Positions 47,969 to 57,652 of a DNA stretch of 64,000 bases are shown piece by piece. The notes beneath the pieces are model-generated. The model had not been told where the DNA came from. It saw only the letters and a list, made by a program, of their open reading frames with translations, and did not search any database. Source of the stretch: an uncultured Candidatus Saccharibacteria bacterium (GTDB lineage Bacteria; Patescibacteriota; Minisyncoccia; Phycocordibacterales; UBA5272); NCBI GenBank assembly GCA_964544935.1, contig CAZJDZ010000001.1, positions 27,018 to 91,017 of the forward strand, written 5' to 3'. Within the stretch, counting starts at the first letter, position 1, and each line of letters opens with the position of its first letter. Made by a program: the position numbers and the translations under genes.

Positions 47969-48220
47969 CAAAATACAAAAAGCAGTATCTAAAAAGATGC
48001 TGCTTTTTGTATTTTGTGCTGGGACAGTACGACGCCTGCGCGTCGTACGTCCAGGTTCGAATAGGGGTCGCGGAACAAACTCGAGGAGCTTGTGACGAGG
48101 AGTTCCGTGACCGAACCTGATTTCTAAAGTGACCTTCGTCACTTTTGTCCAGGCTCGAATAGGGGTCGCGGAGTAACTTCGATGTCCGAAGTATGGAGGG
48201 TCTCTGTGACTGACTCCCTG
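47969..48220 (+). repeat. tRNA-Phe tail modules (two units)
   Basis: GTGCTGGGAC-[CCTGCG hairpin]-CCAGGTTCGAA-TAGGGGTCGCG...GTGACCGAACCTG; second CCAGGCTCGAATAGGGGTCGCG at 48149. Confidence 0.85.
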
Positions 48221-48294
48221 ATAATTTGACAATATACTTTTAAAGTTGTAGATTTATTTTGTTCTTCACTCAATTAGCAGCAAAGGAGACTTTT

Positions 48295-48498
48295 ATGTCA
48301 GGCAATGTTTTTATGAACCCTTTGGCAGTCTGGATTTTCATTGCGATCATCTTTGCCATTCCGACGATTATCGGTCTGGCTAGTAGCTCATGGTTATTGT
48401 TCTTTATTACTATGTTGATCGAACTTGTCCTTGCTTCTGTGTGCTACAAGATTAACGATAACCGACGTCTCAACAAGGCCTGGCACGACTTATCTTGA
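48295..48498 (+). CDS. Small two-TM membrane protein
   Basis: SD AAGGAG; terminator 48524-48551. Confidence 0.6.
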   Translation: MSGNVFMNPLAVWIFIAIIFAIPTIIGLASSSWLLFFITMLIELVLASVCYKINDNRRLNKAWHDLS

Positions 48499-48561
48499 GA
48501 AACTATTTACCTTTGTTACACAGAAACCCGCTGCATACCAGCGGGTTTTTTATTATCTCCT

Positions 48562-48816
48562 TTATTCCGCAATCTCAAGTATCTTCGCCATCTGTGCTGG
48601 ATTAAATCCAACCATAACATCATCTCCAATTTTGATAACTGGCACACCAAGTTGTCCTGTCATCTCAACCATTTCTTTCCGCTTCTCCATATCCTCCCCA
48701 ACATTATAATCCTCAAACGGAATATTTTTTGTCGCAAGCCATTCCTTTGCCATGTGACAAAAATGACATGTTGGTGTACTAAAAATTTCTACTTTTTTTG
48801 TTGCTTGTGTATCCAT
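48562..48816 (-). CDS. Glutaredoxin-like protein (YruB/NrdH type)
   Basis: CHFC, GVPVI, VGF. Confidence 0.9.
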   Translation of the reverse strand: MDTQATKKVEIFSTPTCHFCHMAKEWLATKNIPFEDYNVGEDMEKRKEMVEMTGQLGVPVIKIGDDVMVGFNPAQMAKILEIAE

Positions 48817-48879
48817 ATGAAAGAAAGTATACAGAATTTACTGAGAAAAACAAACGTTCTGTTTTAGGTTGCCTATATG

Positions 48880-49269
48880 CTACTTTTTAAAATAATCTTT
48901 CCACCAAATACTCAACCGTTCCAAAACTGTCATTTCATTACGAACAGGACTGACAGGAACCTTATCGTCATCATAAATAACAATTACCCCTTCTCCACTC
49001 TTCACAACCGGATACGTAGTGCGTATATAACTTTCAAAACCACGCTCTGTACCTATAGCTTCTGTTTGTTTACTTGCTCTATCTACTTTTTTTTGTAACT
49101 CATCCCGCTCTTTTGCTGAATCATTACGAAGTTTTGTCACTTCAATACGTTTATTGTTAAGTTCCATAATTGAACGAAGAAGAAGAACAATAAGTAAGAA
49201 AAGTACTACAAGAGTAACTCGAGAATAGACAAGAGTCCGAATCATATGTTTTTGTTGATATTCTCGCAT
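48880..49269 (-). CDS. Septum formation initiator (FtsB/DivIC-like)
   Basis: TM plus coiled coil plus ESYIR...VVKSGEGVIVI. Confidence 0.7.
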   Translation of the reverse strand: MREYQQKHMIRTLVYSRVTLVVLFLLIVLLLRSIMELNNKRIEVTKLRNDSAKERDELQKKVDRASKQTEAIGTERGFESYIRTTYPVVKSGEGVIVIYDDDKVPVSPVRNEMTVLERLSIWWKDYFKK

Positions 49270-49335
49270 AGCTTTGCTAGTATATAGTTTACCATGGCGC
49301 CCACACTAAAAGTGGCTACCTATAATACAATACCT

Positions 49336-49446
49336 ATGATATTTAATGCAAAAAATAAAAAAACAATACAACGAGTGTGGGCAGTTATCTCGATTCTTGC
49401 AATCGTTGGAATGATTGGATTTTCTTTGATTCCTTTTATTGGATAA
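49336..49446 (+). CDS. 36-aa single-TM small protein (DUF4044-like)
   Basis: Hand-translated MIFNAKNKKTIQRVWAVISILAIVGMIGFSLIPFIG; TATAAT at 49321; downstream hairpin. Confidence 0.6.
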   Translation: MIFNAKNKKTIQRVWAVISILAIVGMIGFSLIPFIG

Positions 49447-49564
49447 CGACTACCGATAAAAAATGCACGACGCCTACGGCGTCGTGCATTTTTTATATAT
49501 CAATCTAAACCAGAAAGAGAATCTGTACCAGAGCTACATACTTTAGTGACATATCATACATAGG

Positions 49565-50089
49565 CTATTTTTCGTTACGGTGTATTTCTAAGTATTTCTT
49601 AAATGCTTCTAGATGCGTCCTAACATTAAACTGTGAAGCGTACTCTTCAAATGGAAGAGTCTCTATTTGTTGCTCAAGAATAGCTTGTACTGTATCTTTT
49701 GACTCCCATGTAAGCACACATTCTTGTTCGCTTGCATCAGTAGTTGTCGGAGTCCCTTTTTCCCCTACTACTCCGGCTACAAAAAAATGAATCTCATATT
49801 TTTTTGCAGAAAGATCTCTATATTGATCGTACTGTCCGATGTACTGAATAATAAGAATCTTACAGCCAAGTTCTTCCTGACACTCGCGGATAAGCGCTTC
49901 TTCAAGAGATTCATTTCCTTCCACTCCACCACCCGGAAAAAGACTGTGTCCTCTTACTGAAAGAAGAGCAATATTTCCTTCCTCATCAAATACTATACCT
50001 TTGACAGTTGGTCTCTTTACATAGAACTTTGGTGCAGGACTTGGATTTTCAAAAATATCACTATCTTTAATTGTTGAAATAACTTCCAT
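49565..50089 (-). CDS. NUDIX hydrolase (paralog of 19142-19663)
   Basis: GGGVEGNESLEEALIRECQEELG. Confidence 0.9.
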   Translation of the reverse strand: MEVISTIKDSDIFENPSPAPKFYVKRPTVKGIVFDEEGNIALLSVRGHSLFPGGGVEGNESLEEALIRECQEELGCKILIIQYIGQYDQYRDLSAKKYEIHFFVAGVVGEKGTPTTTDASEQECVLTWESKDTVQAILEQQIETLPFEEYASQFNVRTHLEAFKKYLEIHRNEK

Positions 50090-50192
50090 ACACCAAAAAG
50101 TATACCACTTATATACTCTTGGAATTATAAAACTTACAAAAGTTTTGTATCTGTCTGCGTAGTTTACTTATAAACTACACTGTCTACGACTA

Positions 50193-51995
50193 TCACTTCT
50201 CCCCCGGTTTCATCATGTTCAAAAATGTATCATGTGAGATATGAACCTTTCCGTCACGTTCCATTCTTTCTTTTCCACGCTTCTGCTTCTCACGAAGTTT
50301 CATCTTTCGTGTAATGTCTCCACCATACATATATCCTGTAACATCTTTCTTCATTGGTGCTATTGAACGCGATGCGATGATACGTCCATGAACATAGGCT
50401 TGGATCTTTACACGGAATAATTCTGTTGGAAGAATCTTTTCAAGTTTCTCTACCACTTCTTCACTTTCTTCTCGTGTTCGGTGCTCAGGAATGACTCGTG
50501 AGAAAGCAGTAACACGCTCTTCTGCAACATATACATCAAGTCTCGTCACATGAGCATCCTTCATTTCCCCTGGTTCATAAACAATAGAAGCATATCCACT
50601 TGATGCAGACTTTACTTCATTAAAGAAATTACGCATAAGTTCACGAAGTGGCATGTTAAGCGTAATCTTAACGCGATTATGACCCCAATCCAAAAGATCA
50701 ATTACCGTAGCCTCATGTGGCGGAAATAGCTGCATAAGAGGACTTACGTAGTCGTGTGGGGTAATGATAGTCAATATAATCCATGGTTCCCTAACAGAAA
50801 TGTATTGTCCATGATCAGGAAAGTGTATTGGGGTATACACCATCTCTACTTCACCATTTTTTAGCGTTACTTCATAGGTAATAGAAGGTGTAGTCACCAC
50901 AAGCTCTTGATTAAATTCACGACGAAGACGCTCAGTAACAATTTCTAAGTGAAGCATTCCAAGGAATCCACAACGAAACCCTCTTCCAAGCGCACCTGAC
51001 GACTCTTCTTCAAAGGTAAGTGACGAGTCAGAGAGTTTAAGTTTAGAAAGAGAACTTCGAAGATCATCAAACTCATCTTGGGATTCTGGATAGATTGAAG
51101 CGAACACAATCGGAACAGGTTCTGCATATCCAGGAAATGCTGGGAGTGGTCGTGACTGTGTTGTTACCGTGTCTCCAACACGCGCAATACCAGGCTCTTT
51201 AATTCCTGTAATGATATATCCAATCTCTCCAGCATTAACACTTTGTGCTTCACGTTTATCTGGTGAAAATCTCCCAACCTCACGAACGATAAACTTATGA
51301 TTTGACTGCACAAAGAGAAGTGTATCCCCTGCTTTCACACTTCCATCAAGCACACGAGTGTAGAGAATAACTCCCATATGATTACTGTACTCGAAGTCAA
51401 AGATAAGGGCGCGGGCTTGTGAAGTGCCTTCAGCCCCAAACTCACTTTTTGGAGCAGGAATTCTTGCAATGATTTCTTCGATAAGCTCCTTCACCCCTTC
51501 ACCTGTTTTACCAGATACTGCCAAGATATCTTTTTCATCACAGTGTAGCAACTCTATGATTTCATCCTTAACATCATCAGGTCGGGCAAGAGGACTATCA
51601 ATTTTAGTCATTACGGGAATAATAGTAAGCCCTGAATTCTTTGCCATCTCAAGCGTGGTAAGAGTCTGTGCTTGTACACCTTGTGTTGAATCAACAAGAA
51701 GTAGCGTACCTTCTACCGCCTGAAGAGCACGAGACACTTCATACGAAAAATCAATATGTCCTGGGGTGTCAATTAAGTTAAGGATATACTCTTTCCCATT
51801 GTTACCTTTCCAGTTCATTCGAACAGGTGTCATCTTGATTGTGATACCTCGTTCACGTTCAAGTTCCATTGAGTCTAAGACTTGCTCTTTCATATGTCTC
51901 TTGTCAACAGTTGCAGTTACTTCAAGAAGTCTGTCTGCCAGAGTCGATTTACCATGGTCAATATGCGCGATAATAGAAAAGTTACGAATTTCCAT
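50193..51995 (-). CDS. lepA: Elongation factor 4
   Basis: IRNFSIIAHIDHGKSTL, GFRCGFLGMLH, YGGDITRK. Confidence 0.97.
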   Translation of the reverse strand: MEIRNFSIIAHIDHGKSTLADRLLEVTATVDKRHMKEQVLDSMELERERGITIKMTPVRMNWKGNNGKEYILNLIDTPGHIDFSYEVSRALQAVEGTLLLVDSTQGVQAQTLTTLEMAKNSGLTIIPVMTKIDSPLARPDDVKDEIIELLHCDEKDILAVSGKTGEGVKELIEEIIARIPAPKSEFGAEGTSQARALIFDFEYSNHMGVILYTRVLDGSVKAGDTLLFVQSNHKFIVREVGRFSPDKREAQSVNAGEIGYIITGIKEPGIARVGDTVTTQSRPLPAFPGYAEPVPIVFASIYPESQDEFDDLRSSLSKLKLSDSSLTFEEESSGALGRGFRCGFLGMLHLEIVTERLRREFNQELVVTTPSITYEVTLKNGEVEMVYTPIHFPDHGQYISVREPWIILTIITPHDYVSPLMQLFPPHEATVIDLLDWGHNRVKITLNMPLRELMRNFFNEVKSASSGYASIVYEPGEMKDAHVTRLDVYVAEERVTAFSRVIPEHRTREESEEVVEKLEKILPTELFRVKIQAYVHGRIIASRSIAPMKKDVTGYMYGGDITRKMKLREKQKRGKERMERDGKVHISHDTFLNMMKPGEK

Positions 51996-52053
51996 AGATA
52001 TCTTCCTATACTACACGAAAAACACCTATTAGTAAAAAGAAAGCTGACGTATA

Positions 52054-52518
52054 TCAGCTTTCTTGAAGAACAAGCACTTTAATGCGCTCTATTGGCCAAT
52101 CAGACATTTCTACAACATCATCTATGTCTAAGCAAAAAGCAGCAACTGACAACCAGACTCGATGGAACACGTCACTTTCAAAAAAATACTCAATGTGGTA
52201 ATCATACCACTCTTGTGCATTAATATATGAAGCATCATGATACATGCCGAGCAATATTGAAAGAATTAGTTTTACACGAGAATCAATACAGCCATCTCGA
52301 AGACTAGATATTACCTCTTCAAGAAGAACAGCTCTCAGGCTACGCCCTGCAGAAATCCCTCCTGAATCATATCTTTCCCAAAGATTACTCAAACACCTAA
52401 CAGCGATATCAAGAGATGGAGTATCAGTTGCCAAATTTTCTATTACAAATTTGCAGAAAAATTCCTTCTGTTTTTGTGGGATATGCGTATCGTGACACAA
52501 ATGAACAAGTGATTTCAT
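52054..52518 (-). CDS. Hypothetical protein
   Basis: 154-aa ORF, SD-like GAGG. Confidence 0.55.
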   Translation of the reverse strand: MKSLVHLCHDTHIPQKQKEFFCKFVIENLATDTPSLDIAVRCLSNLWERYDSGGISAGRSLRAVLLEEVISSLRDGCIDSRVKLILSILLGMYHDASYINAQEWYDYHIEYFFESDVFHRVWLSVAAFCLDIDDVVEMSDWPIERIKVLVLQES

Positions 52519-52631
52519 GGCAAACCCTCTTATATGTTATAGCAACACTTATCACATACCTCGTTCTACCATAAAGAAAAAATAATGGCAAAAGATTGAT
52601 ACAAGAGGTTTTTTAAATTACTTCAATCATC

Positions 52632-53936
52632 TTATTTATTCCCCATAAAAACCTTTGACTTCTGGAGAAAATGACTCCTTTTATACAAAATTGCATACAA
52701 TACAGAAGACGTAAAAAAGTACACAACTATTCCATATACAAGTGAAAAAATGCCGAGCTCTCTAAAATAAAGACAGGCAGACACACAAGCAATAGACCCA
52801 GCAAGGTTGCCGAAGAACACTTTTTTTGTATCTTTCATAGAATAAAAACCTATTGCCAAATACTGTGAAGCCATAGAAAATGGCAGTGCGATCAAAAATC
52901 CAACTAAAAATGTGGCAATAAGGCCATTTGCATTATTGTGACTATACAAAAGTCCTGTAACTACATGCCGCAATGGATATAAAAAGCAGCTAATACTAAT
53001 TGCTCCAAAAAATAAAAGCGATGTGTACTTATACACAAGAGCTTCATGTTCCTTAATTCTCCCTTCCTCATGCTCACGAGAAAGTATAGGGAGACTCGCA
53101 GTTGTAACACTTTGTGAAATAATCTGTGAAATTGCGTCAGTGATTCGTTGTGCAAATAAAAATGACGAGAGTACGCCTGGGCCAAGGGTTGTTGCAAACG
53201 CAGTAAGAAACATAACACGTAACTGTGAGACTATGTTAGTAAACGATCTTGGAAAAGCAAACATGACGAGTTCCTTCACATACATACTACTAATATTGTG
53301 TTTCTTAATTGAAAACTTGTGCGACTTAAGAGAGATTGATTGAATAAGGAGCGCAGTAACTGCTCCGAGTAATACTCCAAAAATAAGCCCCTTCACTCCA
53401 TGGTCATGATAAAAGAATACAATTCCGAGAATAATTCCAAGAGAATACCCGAGTGGGGCAATTGCATAATACAAGAACTCATTTTTTATTTGAGCAAAAC
53501 AAGAGATAAGCGACGAAATACCAAGCAAGAGTGGCTGGAACATGAGGATTCTCGTTGCAAAAATAAATTCTTGTAACTGTTCATCTGAAAACCCTGGAAC
53601 AATTAATCGTGCGTAAAAATTAATTGTACTCATAACAACAATAATAATTACTGTCATCAATAAACTAAAGAAAAAAAGAAGCGATGTAAATCTTTTTTCT
53701 GCTTCAATAATTCTGCCATTTTTGTTTTCTTTTGTCAGAAAAGGAACTACAGTTCCAGCTGTAATAAATGCCAAAAAAATACCATATGAAAGATCTGGTA
53801 ATCGAAAAGCTGCATTATATACGTCAAGCGTTGGTCCAACCCCTACATATACCGCAAGAAGTCTATCTCGTACTATACCGAGCAAAACAGAAGCAATACT
53901 AAATACAGCTAAAAGTACTGAATTTTTGAAAATCAT
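52632..53936 (-). CDS. murJ: Lipid II flippase MurJ (MviN)
   Basis: LGIVRD, DVYNAAFRLPD, FYSMKDTK; multi-TM. Confidence 0.88.
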   Translation of the reverse strand: MIFKNSVLLAVFSIASVLLGIVRDRLLAVYVGVGPTLDVYNAAFRLPDLSYGIFLAFITAGTVVPFLTKENKNGRIIEAEKRFTSLLFFFSLLMTVIIIVVMSTINFYARLIVPGFSDEQLQEFIFATRILMFQPLLLGISSLISCFAQIKNEFLYYAIAPLGYSLGIILGIVFFYHDHGVKGLIFGVLLGAVTALLIQSISLKSHKFSIKKHNISSMYVKELVMFAFPRSFTNIVSQLRVMFLTAFATTLGPGVLSSFLFAQRITDAISQIISQSVTTASLPILSREHEEGRIKEHEALVYKYTSLLFFGAISISCFLYPLRHVVTGLLYSHNNANGLIATFLVGFLIALPFSMASQYLAIGFYSMKDTKKVFFGNLAGSIACVSACLYFRELGIFSLVYGIVVYFFTSSVLYAILYKRSHFLQKSKVFMGNK

Positions 53937-54013
53937 TATTATTGTATAATATCAAAAAAATGCTGTAATTAGAAGGCAAAAGAGCGGCGCCTATGGCGCC
54001 GCTCTTTTATCTT

Positions 54014-54492
54014 TGTTCTACCTATAAGCCGAATTCTGTCCTTCTCGTTGCCGAGAATGTGTAATCATGTATCTGAGCGGTATGTTACCACACCGCTTTA
54101 GCGACACTTCCGTATTGCTACGGACACGGTCTTGCACACACGTAAGGATTTAGCCGTTTCAATCATGTGTTACCACATGCATCATCCATATTGCTATGGA
54201 GCCTCCAGCTTTCGCTTCGGGCGTCTCTGCTCGCACCTCTATGATTGCTCACGACGGGCGTTACCCGCTACGCTTTCTTGGCTCTTTTTAAAATACTTGA
54301 CAAATCTTTAAATTTAGTATATAATTGTATCTAAGCCGCCTAAGTTTCCTCATTTCATTCTTTTGCTCCGGGCAAAAAATAAGGAAATACTGGGCGGTTT
54401 TTTGTGTTCTAAAAAGAGCCAAGAGATGTGTTCGGACTTTCCTCCCTCATAAGCTACATTTAAAGCCGTAAGAGTAATTACCCAGTAGAACA
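54014..54492 (-). ncRNA. rnpB: RNase P RNA with ~150-nt insertion
   Basis: GAGGAAAGTCCG near the 5' end, GGGTAACGCCC, ACAGAATTCGGCTTAT near the 3' end, P1 TGTTCTAC/GTAGAACA. Confidence 0.92.
54297..54325 (+). promoter_or_regulatory. Consensus sigma70 promoter antisense within rnpB
   Basis: TTGACA-N17-TATAAT, exact. Confidence 0.75.
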
Positions 54493-54563
54493 TGAGTAAC
54501 AATACAACTAAATTATACAAAAAGCAATAGTGTCGCCTGCGGCGACACTATTGCTTTTTGTAA

Positions 54564-55121
54564 TTAATCCGTCATCTTCACTTTTGAACCAAGATACAGG
54601 CCAAATTTTTCTGAGAGACCCGCATTGATTTCAAGCACATAGCTTGCATCTGCTTGATTCATATAAATCTTTTTAGTATTTGTATATGACTCTGGTGTAA
54701 CATTTCTCTCAATAGAAACAACAACACCATTTTCATTAATCCAAATAATATCAAGAGGGAATGCCATATCTTTCATCCAAAAACCATATCTCCCCGGCAC
54801 ATCAAAAGCAAAAAGCATTCCTTCATCGTCATTCATAATGTGACGACCAGAAAGTCCAAGTTCGCGAGAGGCTTTTGTATTAGCTAGCTCAGCAGTGATG
54901 GCACCTTTTGGCATAAGAATAGTCATATCGCTACGAACGAACTTATCAACAACAACAGAATCACATACTTTTGTAGCTAAACACCTAAACCCATACATAC
55001 TCGAAAAGAATAGTCCAACACAAAGAAGCACAAGAAGTGTATTTCGTATCATTGTGCTTTTTTTAGTAGTCACTGATGAAGATGAACTATTCTTATGTTT
55101 TGTGTATGTATTCTTTTTCAT
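54564..55121 (-). CDS. DUF192-domain protein
   Basis: GLSGR, GMLF, FWMKDMAFPLDIIW, VLEINAG. Confidence 0.9.
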   Translation of the reverse strand: MKKNTYTKHKNSSSSSVTTKKSTMIRNTLLVLLCVGLFFSSMYGFRCLATKVCDSVVVDKFVRSDMTILMPKGAITAELANTKASRELGLSGRHIMNDDEGMLFAFDVPGRYGFWMKDMAFPLDIIWINENGVVVSIERNVTPESYTNTKKIYMNQADASYVLEINAGLSEKFGLYLGSKVKMTD

Positions 55122-55163
55122 GATATTTTCTAGTCCCTAATTTCTAGCAACTAGCCCCTATCC

Positions 55164-56951
55164 TTATGATTTTCGACCAGCACGTGAACGCTCAGATTCG
55201 GTAAGAAGCTGCTTTCGCAAACGAACTGATTTTGGTGTTACTTCAAGATATTCATCGGCGTTCATGATTTCAAGACCACGCTCAATACTGATCTCCCAAG
55301 CAGGTACAAGTACGATCGCTTCATCAGCACCAGATGAACGCATGTTAGAAAGCTGCTTACCCTTTGTCGGGTTCACCATCATTTCTTCGCCTTTTGATGT
55401 ATTACCGATAACCATACCTTCGTATACTTCTGTTGTAGGAAGAATGTAGATGACACCTCTATCCTGAAGATTCCAAAGAGAAAATGCAAGTGACTTGCCT
55501 GCTGCCATAGAAGTCATAGATCCAACGAGACGACGAGTGATCTCACCTGCATATGGACCGAATTTAAGGAAACGAGCAGAAAGAATACCGAGACCCTTAG
55601 TGTCGATAACGAATTCTCCACGATACCCAAGAAGTCCACGAGTAGGAATTTCTGCCTTGATACGATTAATGCCATTCTTCTCTGACATATCTGTAATCAT
55701 TGCTTTACGACGACCAAGTTTTTCCATCACAACTCCTGATGACTCAACTGGCACATCAATCACAAGCTCTTCATATGGCTCCTCTTTAACACCGTTATTT
55801 TCATGGAAAATTACCTGTGGTTGTGACACTTGAAGTTCATATCCTTCACGGCGCATAGTTTCAAGGAGTACACCGATGTGAAGTTCTCCACGACCGTACA
55901 CAAGATACTTATCTGTATCAAAATCTACACGAAGACCGACGTTAATTTCGAGCTCCTTCTCGAGACGGTCACGAATCTGACGACCTGTTACGAATTTACC
56001 TTCCTTTCCAGCAAACGGTGAATCATTAACAAGAAAGTTAAGAGCAATTGTCGGCTCATCAATATGAATTGCTTCCATTGCATCTTGAGATTCATTTTTT
56101 ACGAATGTTTCACCAATGAAAATATCAGAAAATCCTGCAATCATCGCAATGTCTCCCGCTTCTGCAGTTGCAGCATCCACTCGTTCGATACCATTGAATG
56201 TATAGATCTTTGTAATCTTTCCTTTACGAGTTTCTCCTGTTGATTTCTTAACAGTAATTTCTTCTCCAACTTTTGCTACACCGTCATAAATACGTGCAAT
56301 AGCCATACGTCCTAGGAAGTTATCGTATGCAAGATTGAATACCTGTGCCTTAAATGGGTTATTGATATCCCCTGTCGCTTTTGGAACTTTTTCAAGAATA
56401 GTTTCAAGAAGTGGTGTAAGGTCTTTTCTCTCATCATCAAGACCTTTCATGGCAACACCTTCACGCCCAATTGCATATACAGTTGTAAAATCAAGTTGCT
56501 CCTCATTTGCACCAAGTTCCATAAAAAGTTCAAAGACTTCATCATGTACTCGTGTAGCATCCGCTGCTGGTTTATCAATCTTATTGATCACAACAATTGG
56601 TTTAATACCAAGTTCAAGTGACTTCTTAAGTACGAAGCGAGTTTGAGGCATAGGACCTTCCTGAGCATCAACAACAAGAAGCACGCAATCAATCGAACGA
56701 AGCACACGCTCCACCTCAGAACCAAAGTCAGCGTGACCTGGAGTATCCAATATATTGATCTTCACACCTTTGTATGGCACTGAAGTGTTCTTCGCAGTGA
56801 TAGTAATACCACGCTCCTTTTCCATAGGATTAGAGTCCATAGTCTGACCCTCTTGACCTACTCCACATTGTTTCATGAGAGCGTCAGTAAGTGTTGTCTT
56901 ACCATGGTCCACGTGAGCGATAATAGCGATGTTACGAATTTCTTGTTGCAT
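55164..56951 (-). CDS. typA: Translational GTPase TypA/BipA
   Basis: IRNIAIIAHVDHGKTT, GRGELH..L.E.MRREG, EVTPKSVRLRK. Confidence 0.96.
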   Translation of the reverse strand: MQQEIRNIAIIAHVDHGKTTLTDALMKQCGVGQEGQTMDSNPMEKERGITITAKNTSVPYKGVKINILDTPGHADFGSEVERVLRSIDCVLLVVDAQEGPMPQTRFVLKKSLELGIKPIVVINKIDKPAADATRVHDEVFELFMELGANEEQLDFTTVYAIGREGVAMKGLDDERKDLTPLLETILEKVPKATGDINNPFKAQVFNLAYDNFLGRMAIARIYDGVAKVGEEITVKKSTGETRKGKITKIYTFNGIERVDAATAEAGDIAMIAGFSDIFIGETFVKNESQDAMEAIHIDEPTIALNFLVNDSPFAGKEGKFVTGRQIRDRLEKELEINVGLRVDFDTDKYLVYGRGELHIGVLLETMRREGYELQVSQPQVIFHENNGVKEEPYEELVIDVPVESSGVVMEKLGRRKAMITDMSEKNGINRIKAEIPTRGLLGYRGEFVIDTKGLGILSARFLKFGPYAGEITRRLVGSMTSMAAGKSLAFSLWNLQDRGVIYILPTTEVYEGMVIGNTSKGEEMMVNPTKGKQLSNMRSSGADEAIVLVPAWEISIERGLEIMNADEYLEVTPKSVRLRKQLLTESERSRAGRKS

Positions 56952-57095
56952 ATATAAAAATCTTACTTATTTTGCCTATTTCCCTTGTATTCTATAGGAA
57001 GACAAAAGCGGCGTCTGCCTGCGGCAGACGCCGCTTTACTAATACTTGCAAGTATAGCACAACAGCACAAATATTGCCAGTACGTCAACTGCTTT

Positions 57096-57596
57096 TTATA
57101 ATACAGCTCTTTCCTTTACAAAATCAGCAAGGTTATCAAAAATCATTCTAAATATAGAACCTATTTGCTTTATCTGTTCAAGAGTCACTCCGTTTTCTTT
57201 CAAGAAATAAATAACTATTCCGATAGCAACAAGCAAGAAAAAAAATGGAAGTATAGGGACATCTAATTCTACATGTTTAACTGGAGTTGGATTTTTTTTA
57301 AAAGTCTCCCCACCTACTTGAAAAGAAGTTGGTTGTTTATAGAGCGGTTCAGGTGGAATCTTGGTAGCAATCTCTTTCAAGGTTTCAGGACCACCAGAAA
57401 TAGTGTGGTATGAAGGGGTTGCTGTAGGGTCTCCTACTTGAGGAATCTCAGTGGTAAGTGGCGCAGGAGTACTAATCTCACCAATTACTTCTGATAATTG
57501 TTTGTCGAGAAGATTATTTTCTGTGCTATTAATTTCTACACTATCATTACTAGTAACTTCATTTACCACCTCTTCGACTACAACTTTTGGTTCCAT
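57096..57596 (-). CDS. Hypothetical protein, Pro/Thr/Glu-rich with C-terminal TM
   Basis: 166-aa ORF. Confidence 0.65.
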   Translation of the reverse strand: MEPKVVVEEVVNEVTSNDSVEINSTENNLLDKQLSEVIGEISTPAPLTTEIPQVGDPTATPSYHTISGGPETLKEIATKIPPEPLYKQPTSFQVGGETFKKNPTPVKHVELDVPILPFFFLLVAIGIVIYFLKENGVTLEQIKQIGSIFRMIFDNLADFVKERAVL

Positions 57597-57652
57597 AATT
57601 AAAGGTAAGTATATCCTACTTTTTTAATTTGAAAAATAGTTATTTAAGATCT

